Positions 52,225 through 64,000 of a DNA stretch of 64,000 nt are shown here, one piece after another. The stretch lies in assembly GCF_004010195.1 (NCBI RefSeq), contig NC_057719.1:66460066-66524065 (forward strand). The letters run 5' to 3'. Every line of letters starts with the position of its first letter. Position 1 is the first letter of the stretch. The notes beneath the pieces were generated by a model, which saw nothing but the letters and a program-made list of their open reading frames with translations, ran no database searches and had not been told where the DNA came from. The DNA is from Chiloscyllium plagiosum (Eukaryota). The position numbers and the translations under genes were made by a program.

Positions 52225-52325
52225 CTGCTTGCTTATTTGGAGAGATCTACCTAGGTCAGTGCAGGGGCCACAGACCAGAGGAACATGATGCAATGCGGCT
52301 GGAAGGTTAATGATTTTCTACATTC
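52225..52325 (+). pseudogene. Myb/SANT-like DNA-binding ORF remnant of a Harbinger transposon
   Basis: 52255-52320 translates VSAGATDQRNMMQCGWKVNDFL, resembling the VSA.....R...QCRKK.NDL trihelix motif. Confidence 0.55.
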
Positions 52326-52562
52326 CTCAAGTAGCAGAGAGAGGGAATAAGTGATGGATATATTAATGAAGATTTAATTGGCTTTGAAGTCCATTGCCCT
52401 TAACGGGTTCTGCACATAAATTAAACAGCTGGAAAGTATGGTTTACTGGTGGTGGTTAATAGATGGAAAAATACCATAGGCGATTTGGTGAGAGGCAAAA
52501 GCATTCAGTTGTGTATAAAAGCACTTCTGGTTATAAAAATAAGAGAAAAAACGGGTTTGAAG

Positions 52563-52670
52563 AGGTCACTTGTGGTGCAGTGCAATGTGCTAACACTGAG
52601 TTAAGAGGCCCGGGTTCAAGTCCCACCTGCTCCAGAGATGTGTAATAACATGTCTGACCAGGTTGATATG
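52563..52670 (+). mobile_element. Short tRNA-derived SINE (third family)
   Basis: cttgtggtgcagtg...gggttcaagtcccacctgctccagag. Confidence 0.65.
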
Positions 52671-52829
52671 ACATTGGGTTTTAATTGGTTGCATAAATAT
52701 GGGAAGCTAGTAATGAGTAGCGTGTGGGTTTTATGGAGTGTGGTGAACTGAAATGAAGCTCTGAACTGAATGTGTGGACTTGAATTCTGTTTAAATGCAG
52801 ATGTCTTTAACATATGACTTCCCTGTTTG

Positions 52830-53620
52830 CTTGCTCTGGTTGTGCAGAAGATTGCATTACAGGATTATGCAGCACACTGCATGTGGACTATATTGCATTG
52901 CCCCTTCAGATAGATCCAAGCATTAAAACCTCATCTTCAATCATCCTATTGTCTATTCTATGGTGACCTTGGTGAACATCGAGCTACATTGTATCTGCAT
53001 TCTGCCTTAGTCAGGGATTTCGTAGAGGAATAACTAGCCAAAGTTGGAGAAAATATCCCATATTTCCCAACAATCACCTTTGAATTAGCCCATTGAACAA
53101 AGCAAACACTTGTGTTCTCAAGTATATAGGCATCATGACAGCTTCCATGGTACCTCGCACACCCTCTAAGATGCATTCACAATAATCATAGATGAGTTGG
53201 ACATTGATTGAATAGTTAGCTTTTTTGTTCATGAGTTTAACCACATTATAATATGCGCTCAATGCATATGTACGTTTCACAGTGCTTTGCACCAGGGGGA
53301 AGCTAGCTAGGTTTGTAAACACTATTGCTCACTCTGCAGCACTGACCTCATCACAGTATGATCTTGAATTTGTAAAATCTTTGATACGTTTGTGTGTTGA
53401 GGATTCGGAGATTCCACGCAAGTCCCTAGTGCATAATTGGAGTGAGTCAGTTGCTTATAAATGAAGTACTGTCATCTTGATGACTACTGGGATGAGATGA
53501 CCTCCCATTCCTTCAGAACACAAATACTACTTCAGCAGATGTCACAGCTCTGTTATGATGTCTGAGGACATCCTAAGTCTGAGCCTGCGCTGATCTTCGG
53601 TCATTATTGACATGGAGGTC
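52830..53620 (-). pseudogene. PIF/Harbinger (HARBI1-like) DDE transposase relic
   Basis: Across frames: RDLRGISESSTHKRI, LASFPLVQS, NKKANYSINVQLIYD, ARYHGSCHDAYILENT, LLGNMGYFLQLWL, AECRYNVA. These follow the Harbinger order (NRKG.HS.NVQ, PGS.HD, LLGD.GY, E.RYN). Multiple frameshifts and stops. Confidence 0.85.
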
Positions 53621-55966
53621 TTTCTGAAGGGAGGAACTTGAAATGCCTCCACAATGACCTGTGATTTATTAAACTATTTTTCTGCTTCACAAAGCTTTTT
53701 GGGATTAATTTGTCATATCAAAGACATTGCTAGTGACTAAAGTTTGTTTATTATTGCTCAGTGCATGATCTACTGATGCAGAATAATTTTATAGCAGGTG
53801 TGTGTCATCATTGAATCTCTGGATGCCTTATTATGCCATCGCCTCTTGAAGGACCTCACATCACCCACAGATGTACCCTGTTCCCACAGACAAAACAAAA
53901 TTAACTTGCTTTGCCCACTGACGGTCTGCTGGCTGCTGTTTCTCATCCTTATTGTGCAGTTGAAGTTTGAAGATGGTGAATCAAGTCTCAGTCCTGACAC
54001 ACACAGTTCCAGGCTTTGCCTCAAAGTCAAGTTTCGTAATTCCGCCCCAAACACTCTTCTTGTCTCCTTTTGTGTTTCCGTCACTGTCAATCTTATCAGC
54101 TTTGAAGTTCACTACATTCTCGTCCAACTCTTTATCTAACTGTAAATGTTCCCCTATTTTTGATCTCAGTGCCTTTCCTACAAAATAGCTATGCCCAAGA
54201 TCATAATCCTCTGCATCCCCATTGTTGAAGACAGGGTGGTGATACCTTGTAAACTATCCACCCCCTCACTCACCGCAATGCCCCATACCCTCTCATGCTT
54301 TATTCACCCTTCTCCCTGGACTTGTCTCCCCTTTCAGAGATATTTTCTCCACTGCATCCAAGTGTAATGGTTCCAAACTCCCCACTATTTTCCCAATTCT
54401 GGTCCAGCTCCAATATTCTCCTTGACGTCTGTAACCCAAATACCTAGGATGGAGAGGGGATCCCCCACCAGACTGACCAGTGAGGATAACTTCATTTTAA
54501 GATGGCCCCCAGACTCATGTCTGTACAATTCTCTGAATGCGTTATCCCTGATCCCTTAATGGTTAGACCTGACCTGCAGGACTGACTCTGCTCCAAAACC
54601 TGGAGTGTAAGGATGCAGACCACTCCCCACCCACCACCACCACCAATCATATCCTCCCTGATTGCACCAAGTGCCTGACTAACTGTGGCCAAACCCTTGG
54701 ACTGACATCAGACAATGCCCTTGCCTGACTGTGGGGGCACTCCCAAACTGACCATAGTTTCCTCCACTCAGTTAGTCAAAGCATATGCACATTGTGAGCA
54801 TCTAAGTAAGTGGAAAGTAAGTGAATGCTAAAAAAGCAAGCTCAGAGCCCTGAGGTATATCCTGTATGTGTTTCTCTATGCTCAGAGTGAACTGGCAGGA
54901 GCATTACAATATAATGTATCAGAGAGTTCTAAGTGCAGTGTGGTTAAGACTTGCAATGCCTTCAGAGATTGGCTAAGGTGATGTGGTGAGGCTGGTGTTT
55001 TGCTGATACCAATTTTTGTGGATGGTTGCTGCCCGTGAATGGGGAATGATGACCAACAGGGAGACCGGGAGAACATGTTCACAAGCTGCAGCTGCCAGGC
55101 AGCGGCATTGGAAATTGTCGCCATCTAATGTCTCATCTATACCTGGGAGAATCACATACTGCATAGAAATGAGGCAAGATTAATTAATAATAAGACATGA
55201 ATGCACCCAAATGAGGTCCATGGCATTTACTTTTGAGATTCTCAACTAGCCACTGAAACCATAAAGGGAAAATCAGACTTTTTGTTCTTTACATCAAAAA
55301 TCTCATCCTTCGCGTTCTTGCCACATTAACCCCCATTTCTTGCCAGTGCACATGCTGCTCAAAGACTAGGAAGATTCTACCCTTTGTACAGCATGGAGTG
55401 AAGTTGTTCAGACTGAGGAGGTATAGGCATCCATCCTGGTCACGGCTGTGTTCCCTGATCTCAGTTCAGTGACAATATAAGCACTATAACTGATTACTAT
55501 GAGCCCTACTGTACATGTTTTGTCACCAGCTTCTGATTAAATTAGCTCTTGTTGACTTGTATGATAATCATGTGTCCCAATAATCATGAAGTCTCTCACT
55601 CAATGAGTAGCTGCTTACATGAAGTATTGGAATCATACCAGAGAATGAATCACTGAGGCCAGGATTTCAAAGAAAAAGAATTAAAATTTTTGGTGAAGAA
55701 TCAATACAGATCTGACTAAGACATAATCCAAATTAACCTATACCTAGTGATAAAAATGCAGATGCATGAAAATGAATCAATAATGGGTCGCATACAAATA
55801 CATCCGCATTTCCTCCTTTGGTACTGACTTGTAAGAATCAGTTCTTAACAGCATGACCTATGAATCAATTTGTTTGGTGAATATGAAAATTGTAAAAAAT
55901 AAGTAGCAGTCCCATCATACATAAATGGCATTAAAACCAAGATTCCTTTTGCTTGCATGCTATGCA

Positions 55967-56487
55967 AGGGTAGCACGATGGCTCAGCAGTTAGCACAGCT
56001 ACCTCACAGTGCCAGCAACCCACATTTGAGTCCAGCTTTGTTTGACTGTCTGTGTGGAGTTTGCACATTTTCCCCATGTCTGCATGTGTTTCTCTGTGTT
56101 CAGAACGACCTGCCAGGAGCATTCCAATATAATGTACCAGAGACCCCCATGTGCAATATGGTTAAGATCTGAAGTGTCTTCAGAGATTGGCCACGGTGAT
56201 GTGATGATGCTGGTGTTTTGCTGATACCAACATTTATGGATGTTTGATGCCTGGAGCAGGAGATATTGGGGAATGGTTTCCTCCCACAGACCAAAGGTGT
56301 ATGGGTTAGGTGGATTGGCCATGCTAAATTGCACATAATGTCCAGGGATGTGCGGGCGATGTGGATTAGACATGGGAAATGCAGGGTTTATAGGGGTTAG
56401 GGTAGGGGTGTGGGTCTGGATGAGATGCTCTTTTGAGGGATAGTATAGACTGAATGGCCTTCTCCCACACTGTGGGGGTTCTGTGAT
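55967..56487 (+). mobile_element. HE1-like V-SINE interrupted by a ~180-bp foreign insert
   Basis: Head gggtagcacgatggctcagcagttagc; the V-domain-like core is split between about 56095 and 56275. Confidence 0.8.
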
Positions 56488-57613
56488 GCAATGAACAGAT
56501 TTTATTTGAGCTGCAGTGTTTATAACGCATTCTTCATAAAGTTATCTCAATGATGAGATTCCTATCCCTTTTAAAGTTTCAGAATTAATTGGTATACAGT
56601 TTGCCGTCTCTAAATGTTATGTAACACCTGTAAAAACAGGTTAACTTATGATTTCTTATTTATTATAGCGATGGTACTGTACTTTGTTTTTATGGTACAG
56701 TTATTAATGTTTATATTAATACTTTGGACTGAATGACATCAATTTGTCCACAATTCTGGCATCGCCTTCAATTTTTGTTCACCAGGTTATCAGGAGAGAG
56801 GAAGGAAATAGAACTGTGCATGGGAGGGGTGGATGCGATGGAAATTCACTAAAATAAACGCATGCAAAATACTGTTTAACTGCAGTAATCATGGTATATT
56901 TTCCACATGCTTACTGAAGTTGTTAGAAAAAACACCAGCAATGCAGCTCATGCCTTATGTTTTACAACATCATGACTTGGAATATCACTTTAGAAACTTT
57001 GCAAAGCAGTTGTGGGAGCCTTGGCTTTCAGCAGTGGCCATGCTGTATTAGCACAGGCTAAAATTTTACAAAGTTTGTAAAAGTCAGCAATAGAAAATTG
57101 ATTTATGTATTTGTACAGGGAGAAAAGCTATTTTATAAATAGTGAATGCTGAATAAGGCTATACTAAAAAAAGTTTTTATAGTTTTAGTGTAAGTGACTA
57201 TGGCCCTTGTCCTATCCTTTTTCCTTTTTTATTTCCAAAGGCATTGATTCCTCATTGGAATATTTCTACCTGGGCAATGGTCACCCAAGCAGTCGTTCAT
57301 TTCCAGCATGAAAGCAGTCTGTTTTGGCCCCCCAGCTCCATGCTGTTGTTATGTTCACACATGGTTTTCCATACTGTTTGCTTCAGCTCACCCTTCCATT
57401 CCTATCTCCATGTTCAAATATGCCACTTCCCCTCAAACATACCAGTTTTTGCAAACACCCCACGGGGTAATGTGTTCTGTGTTCTCATCACTGAGTTGCA
57501 GAATATATTTTGCCGTCATTAAATCACTGGACTTTTCTTCCAGTCATCTGCCATCCTGGAGAATGAGCGAGGCAGCAGGCAATACCACTGTTACCTCAGA
57601 TCTGACACAGATC

Positions 57614-58011
57614 TGTTTTTTCTCTCCACTCATGTTGCTAGACCTGCTGAGTATCTCCAGCACTTTCTGTTTTTATTACCACTCTTACCCCTCTCTCGGT
57701 GACACCTCAGATGCTTCCCTTGGGTTTCCTCCCAGGGGGTAGCCAGCTGTGCCTCTCTTTTTGTCTCTCTTTGCTTTGCTATGTTTTGTTTACAGATGTA
57801 TATAGACACAAAACGTTAGCTTGTTTTTTCTCTCCACTCATGTTGCTAGACCTGCTGAGTATCTCCAGCACTTTCTGTTTTTATTACCACTCTTACCCCT
57901 CTCTCGGTGACACTCAGATGCTTCCCTTGGGTTTCCTCCCAGGGGTAGCCAGCTGTGCCTCTCTTTTTGTCTCTCTTTGCTTGGCTATATTTTGTTTACA
58001 GATGTATATAG
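57614..58011 (+). repeat. Tandem duplication of about 190 bp (57614-57805, 57822-58011)
   Basis: Copies differ by two 1-bp indels and two substitutions, with a 16-bp spacer. Confidence 0.95.
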
Positions 58012-60231
58012 CTTGATGACAGTGAAATGATGTGGTCTTCTACCTTCTTCCAGTGCCCAGTTCTTTGGCAGGAAATGTTGGATTCCAGTGCTCCCAACGA
58101 TCTGAGGAATGAGGTTGTGCTTTTAAAGTATTCCCAGCTCTCTCACGAATGCCATATCACCTATACCATGCTTGCATTATGTTCAGCACTTACTGCCAAT
58201 TATCACCATGCATTAGCAAACTTTGTCCTTATCAGCCCTTTTTTAAAGACCGTCAAATGGGTTTCCATTCCCATACAAGGTATAGCTATGGATAGTTTAC
58301 CCAGGGTACTCTGGAGCTGCACTACAGAAGTGACAGTGGTATTTAAATTAGCTGGCCTCAAAGGGTGAGTATCAGGTGACTGTTCCCCTCACCCTCCCAC
58401 CGCATCTAGTCCACTTGAAATCAGGGAAATAAAAAAAAATGAGGAATAGATGACTTGCTCACCGCCTTCCTCTCCATCCATGAGCGGAGCCCTGTTGTGC
58501 GAGCACAAGGTAAGATATTAACAAGCCTGCCCACCATTAGGGTCTGTTGACACCCAAAACTGGGCAGTTACTGATCAGTGAAGACGCTGTTCCCACCCTC
58601 TGTCACAGTGGTAACTGCAGCTGGGGAAGTTGGAATGGACAGGACCAGCCCAATAGTTCACTATCTTGGGTGAAAGGTTGAAGGGTTGGTAGAGGATACC
58701 TCCAGGTCCATCTGGTGACTGAACCCAAGATGTTGCTCCCACTTTGTGACCACAAGCGTTCTCAGACTGCTTTTCCTCCAGTCCAGTTGGCTGATGGCTC
58801 TCTAGGGTGGAACTTCCTATCTCAGTTCAGTACTGCCACTGTCAGTGTGTTATTTCTCGGAGGCAGGGGGCAGTTGGCCATTTTTGAAGTAGGTTGACTC
58901 ACAGCTAACTTCAAACGAGGGAGGGGAACAACAAGCCACACTGACATTCAGGTCCTGCTCTGGCACAATGCCAGTTTATAATGGCCCAGTGGTTTGTCAA
59001 TGCTGGCATTTTCTTTGTGGATGTTTCCTTTTAAAGTTTTATCCTCCTGAAATCAAAACTGGTTGCCATACGAAATGGATATCTTTCACATACTTGGTAA
59101 ATCTTTTAGGGTTTGTCACCATATTCATTAAATAAGCAAACAGTATTGCAATTTACAAATAAATTCTCTGAAGTTGTTCCATAATTTACTGTTGTACCAA
59201 TTTATTAGATCAATGGAAGGAAGCCAAATATCCTTAATTATTATCCTTCCCTGATTATTTTTATTTTCTATCCGTTCTGTTCATTCAGTGGGCCAAGTTG
59301 TACTGAGCAGGTGAACTGTAAGTTTTGCAACCAGTTTCTAGAGAATAGGCAGATTACAGAAGGATAGTTACATATATCCCCTTTCTGTGAGCAATCTGCA
59401 GTTTAAGTTTGTGCTATTCCAGTATCTGGACTCCTCTAACAAATAAATTTGATAACTTCTAATGGACCTTTACTGCAGATCTGCCTCTGACCACCGAGTG
59501 GCGCAGTATATTAATGCATCATTCTGCTCAAGCGCTCCACTGTCTCTCTTGTTCCACATCTTTTTCAAATTAAACTCACCAATAGTCCAAACCACTCCTA
59601 AATTGTTATTCAAATGGTCAAAAAACTTGTAAAAATATCATTTTAATATAACTGTTTACTTCCTTTGAAACTGAAACCCATAAAAGCCATCTTGTGATGC
59701 AATCTCTGTAATGGGGATTACAGAAGAAGCCGATGTGTGAATTGGACTCAGTTTTGAAAGAAAATTTGTTTTTAGTTTCTAAATCAGTGGGAACACTCCT
59801 AAGCCACATAATGTACAATCTTGGGGCTTACAATGTTGAATGTTCATGAAACAAATTCTGTCTGAGCGAATGCCTGTGACAGTAGAACAATGTGTCAATT
59901 TACTGCACTCCTGGTGACAAATCCAGAACCACCTATAGAATTCCTTAAAATTTTCAAGAAACCGCCATGCGATCAGTTGTTTCCACTGCAAAACAAAGTG
60001 TTCTACCTTGACTGGGCCTGAGAAGATTTAAGTAATAGTAATAAGATGACTATTGTCAAGAGTAAATGCCAAGTTGATATCTAAAGTAAAAACAAATATT
60101 GTTTTACCTTTTTCATTCAGATTGTATAGAAATCGATGGAAAAAAATAAGCACTTCAGTTTCTGATTGCACTTCTCATAAAAATTTTCCAAACCTCTTGT
60201 AATCAGTTCTCCTGCTAAATTTTTGAATTAT

Positions 60232-60530
60232 AGAATCCTTACAGTGTGGAAGTCAGCTGTTTGGCCCATTGAGTACGCACCAACTCTCCAAAGAGCATCT
60301 CACCCAGCCCCACACCCCTACCCTACCCTATAGCTAATCCACCCAGCTTGCACATCCTTGGACAGTATGGGCAGTTTAGCAGGACCAACTCACCTAAACT
60401 GCACATCGTTGGACTGAGGAAGAAAACTGGAACACTCGAAGGAAACCCATGCAGTCATGGCGAGAATGTGCAATCTCCACACAGCTTGAGGATGGAATAG
60501 AACCCGGTCCCTAGCACTATAAGGCATCTA
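60232..60530 (-). mobile_element. HE1-like V-SINE, 5'-truncated and decayed
   Basis: Reverse complement of the V-domain-like core and tail seen at 38981-39280. Confidence 0.75.
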
Positions 60531-62326
60531 TGATGTCTGTTCCATATTTATTCTATGATTCCAAACTTCTCCAATGCAACAGCAAAACTCCAACTCGCCA
60601 CTAACAATGATACCAACAATTTAATGTATATTGTTAGTATGTCCGGAACACTTCCTTCCTAGCTTCACTGATTATCCATTCCTGTATTACTGTTCTGATG
60701 TCAGCAAAATGATTTTTTTGCTTACTTGAGCTCAATAACTACATCAAACCCAAGTATGAATGAGTCATGTGCTGAATTTCCTCAAAGGATTCTCCATTTT
60801 CTTGGCCTGATCAATAAATGCATGGACCAGTTCTTTCAGAATAATGGAATGTTGCATTACCCTCTGATGCCAAATAACACGAGCCCTACTGAGGTTTGTG
60901 GAGTTAATGAGAGTGCATCTTATTAATACCATTACCTGATAGTTCAAGCTCCAATTGGTCAAGCACCCATTTTCCCTGATAAAGGGAACTCAGTTGCATG
61001 GGTGAAACAAATCCTGAATACTCGAGAATGTAGGCTGATTTCTTTTGATCCCATTATTAGGGCTAATATATGTCCTAGTGAAGGCTTGTGCACTTCTGTT
61101 CACTTAGCGTACCAACAAGAGTAAAATGTTGGATCTTAATTGAAGAGCAGAGTTGGGATTCTTTACTTGGCCTGGACCCTTGCTCATCAGTAAATTTATA
61201 AAGGCCAGACAGAAATTCTGCTACTTTTGGAATGGAGAAGAACATTCCGATAAAAATTAAGACACAGCAAAAGGGTAGATGCTATTTTTCTGGAAATTCT
61301 GCTTGAGGTCCAAAGAAGCACCTATAAAATCCTAAAATAATTTTAAAGTTCTAGTTTTGAATTCTTAGGGAGTCAGAAAAACAATAACAGTTTTTAAATG
61401 TTGAGACACAGTCTACCTAATTAAATCTGTTATTTAGCTACTGTCCAAGGGGGAAGTACTTCAAATGCAGTTGGAAGTCAAAGAGCCAACTTACAACATG
61501 AGACCAATGTATGTGTTGAAATGTTTAGACCAACGTTGTATTGCACTACAATCATTTAGCATTGGGTAACATCAAAGGTGGAGGAAGAAGTAGAACAATG
61601 CCATCTACCTCCAGATCTTGACTCCAAAAACATTAACCGCTATGTTTCTCCTCTATTCCCTCCCCAGCAAGAAGCTCGCTTGCCTGGGCTTTAATCATCC
61701 TGCTTTTTTGTAAAAATGGTGGGAGTGGTCAGGAAAACAATGGATTGCCCTACCATTTGTGTTGAAGTGGCAGCTACCATGGCTGCTAATAGATAGTGGG
61801 ACATGGGAGAGCACTGGAATGGAAGTATTGATGGACAACTCGGTAGAGCATCAAGGAGGTGCTAGTTCCTTCACTCCTTTTTCGCCTCTTTACCCGATCT
61901 TAAAGCAGCACTTGTGGAGGAAAAACCTTTGGTCAGATATTGAACCAAAATTATGTCTGCACCATTTCTGTTTCCAAGAATACTGCCACCTCCAAGTCTG
62001 GTGCGACATTGACTGATCTGCTGCAGCATTTCTACAGATCCTATCGGAGCGTCTGTAGCAAATTTCACTGGGGCACCAATGTTACCAAGAGATTATCCTG
62101 CTTTTTAAAAGAACTCTGTCCATGGAAGCATTCAGGGACATTGCAGCCAGCAGAACATGTACAATGACCCAGTGAAGCTATTTTGGAGGCTAGTCTAGTT
62201 ACCAAAATAAACTAATGTGAAAATACTTACAACATCTCTAAGTAAAGCACAAAAACCATCATTATATGAGTAGATAGGCATATTTAATTAATGTTGATTA
62301 TTAATGCATATACTGTTTCTCAACAG

Positions 62327-63024
62327 AATGAATTTGAATTGAAGCTTTTCCATATACGTGGGGAACATGCCGAAGAAATAACTAAACTTGAAGAAACTAT
62401 TGTGCAGCTACAAAATAAATTGGAAAATAAAATAAAAGAGGGCAAGTCTGAAACAAGGGACATTGCTGTTTCCACTGCAGATGAACTTGTGGTGAAAACA
62501 TTTCGCAACGTTTGCATTCAAACTGACCGAGAAACGTTCATACAGTTGAATCAAGATGATGGCAAGATAGCAAAAAGCAATCTGAGCACCCCAGGAAAGT
62601 TGAAGCTTGCATCCTTGAACTTGAATGGTCAGTCAGCTTGCTCTCTCCATACTACAAAGGAGGAAGCTTTACCATCTTCACAAACCTCAACGTCACAAGA
62701 ATCTCAGCCTGTACCACTTCCTCTGTTAACACCATCACTTTCAGGTTCTCAAAGTTCTCCTACTGCACTCCTGAGTGGTCCACCAGCTCCACCACCACCA
62801 CCTCCACCTCTTCCAGGCTCTGGACCTCCTCCGCCTCCACCTCTTCCAGGCTCTGGACCTCCTCCGCCTCCACCTCTTCCAGGCTCTGGACCCCCACCGC
62901 CACCACCATTTGGAGTTTCTAATCTCAGATTGTCAGCGGACAGACCTGTACGGAAGCCTATCATAGAACCACGCCGCCCAATGAAGCCTTTATATTGGAA
63001 TAGGATTCAGATAAAAGATTCCAG
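62327..63024 (+). CDS. FMN1: Formin-1 internal exon: coiled coil, FH1 polyproline domain and start of FH2
   Basis: Translation [14 protein letters not shown]...[15 protein letters not shown]...([11 protein letters not shown])x3...[21 protein letters not shown] matches the FMN1 motifs I recall (FELRAFHIRGEH, KTFRNVCVQTDRETF, PMKPLYWTRIQI). Acceptor tactgtttctcaacag|AAT (phase 0), donor CCAG|gtacca (phase 2), length 698 bp. Confidence 0.95.
62801..62899 (+). repeat. 33-bp coding tandem repeat x3 ([11 protein letters not shown]) in FH1
   Basis: Unit cctccacctcttccaggctctggacctcctccg is identical at 62801 and 62834; the third copy at 62867 has two synonymous differences. Confidence 0.95.
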
Positions 63025-63319
63025 GTACCATAAGTAAATGCTAATGTTGTCAGCATGCACATTTCTGTTTATATTTTGGGTGCTGTTCCGTTCCTAAAAC
63101 AAATTAGAGCTCTACATTAACAATAACATCACACAAATTGGCTAAATTCACTCAATACCTTGTAATTATGAAAAGGGAAAGGATAAACTAATCACCTTCA
63201 CCATCTTGGTGATATCTGGCAGTGCAGATAATCCTCCAGTTGTAGAAACTGACCCATGAATTACACGGAATGAAATTGAATAAGTTCTGTATTTGATAAG
63301 TGCTCTGCTTTGCCACATT

Positions 63320-63480
63320 ACTGTTTCCTCACCTCCTCTCTCCCCACCTTATCCCAGATCCAACCCTCCAACTCGGCACCATCCTATTAACCTACCCTAC
63401 CTGTCCATCTCCTTTCCCAACTATCTGCTGCACCCTCTTCGCCAACTTATCACCATTACCCCCTCACCTTTACTAGCTCC
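63320..63480 (+). mobile_element. Probable Penelope-like 3' pyrimidine-rich region fragment
   Basis: ccagatccaaccctccaactcggcacc...cctacctgtccatct...ctatctgctgcaccctc; resembles the reverse complement of the 15300-15400 PLE region. Confidence 0.45.
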
Positions 63481-64000
63481 ACACTTTTTAACTCTGATCA
63501 CCAACATCTACAGTCCTCACTTTCTCCTCAACATTACTGACCATGACAACAGAAATTTGCTCTTTAATCATCATATTAGTGGAAGTTGAAGAAGATAACA
63601 ATCTTTACAAACATTTTATTGTGTAATTTTAAATTAATGATTACAACAGCAAAAAAATCAAACAACATTTGTTTACTGGCTTTGCTCTTATTCATTGAAT
63701 ATTAACACTGGTTGTTTTTCACTACAATATACAAGTTCACATTTTGTCAAAAGACTGTTAACTTTATTAACTTCGGGCTAACTCTAATGCTTAAGGCAGT
63801 AACTATGATTAGTTGTTTGAGTGATTCTGGATAAAAATGCATGGGTTAATTTTACTCTTAGCTCAATTCTGATGGAAAACTCTAACTGTGCCCTGCTACT
63901 TTTCATCTACTATGTTAACATAATAATATAAGCAACGTTTTGAGGCATTTTAAGCAGTAAGTGCTAGGGAATCTTGGAAGCAATTTGGATTCCCCTAACC

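Noticed and set aside
60580..62170. Coding-looking stretches (60765-60962 minus, 61871-62167)
   Set aside because: Short, interrupted and without recognisable homology; possibly ancient repeats.
62638..62966. Overlapping Ser/Thr-, Gly- and His-rich ORFs
   Set aside because: These are alternative-frame or antisense readings of the FH1 repeat.
62291..63037. 248-aa ORF taken as a complete gene
   Set aside because: Only 62327-63024 is bounded by splice sites; the ATG and stop codon are intronic.
1..64000. CRISPR arrays, operons or other prokaryotic systems
   Set aside because: No regular repeat-spacer array or gene-dense region; the sequence is vertebrate intronic DNA.

Overview
This is vertebrate genomic DNA, very likely from an elasmobranch (shark). 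That inference rests on HE1-like V-SINEs and CR1/HER1-type LINEs that share a 3' tail. Only one host coding exon is recognisable: a 698-bp formin-1 (FMN1) exon at 62327-63024 (+), encoding coiled coil, FH1 polyproline and the start of FH2. I could not find the short upstream FMN1 exons by eye, so the preceding 62 kb is probably intronic. It is packed with decayed CR1 and L2 LINEs, three tRNA-derived SINE families, Penelope-like retroelement (PLE) fragments, a Harbinger relic, MITEs and a probable solo LTR. Almost all ORFs in the supplied track are repeat fragments or noise. The most notable signal is about 12 short PLE-derived insertions from several sequence families. They carry minimal hammerhead ribozyme motifs (CUGANGA-A-stemII-GAAA-palindrome-UH), and stem II covaries between families. 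Most are head-to-head foldbacks with 11-17 bp target-site duplications (TSDs), and their inversion or truncation points cluster at the 5' edge of the ribozyme core. PLE hammerheads are a known class, so novelty would lie in these shark families and the junction pattern. Several local templated duplications and one 13-N assembly gap are also present. All calls were made by eye; repeat boundaries are approximate unless a TSD is quoted.
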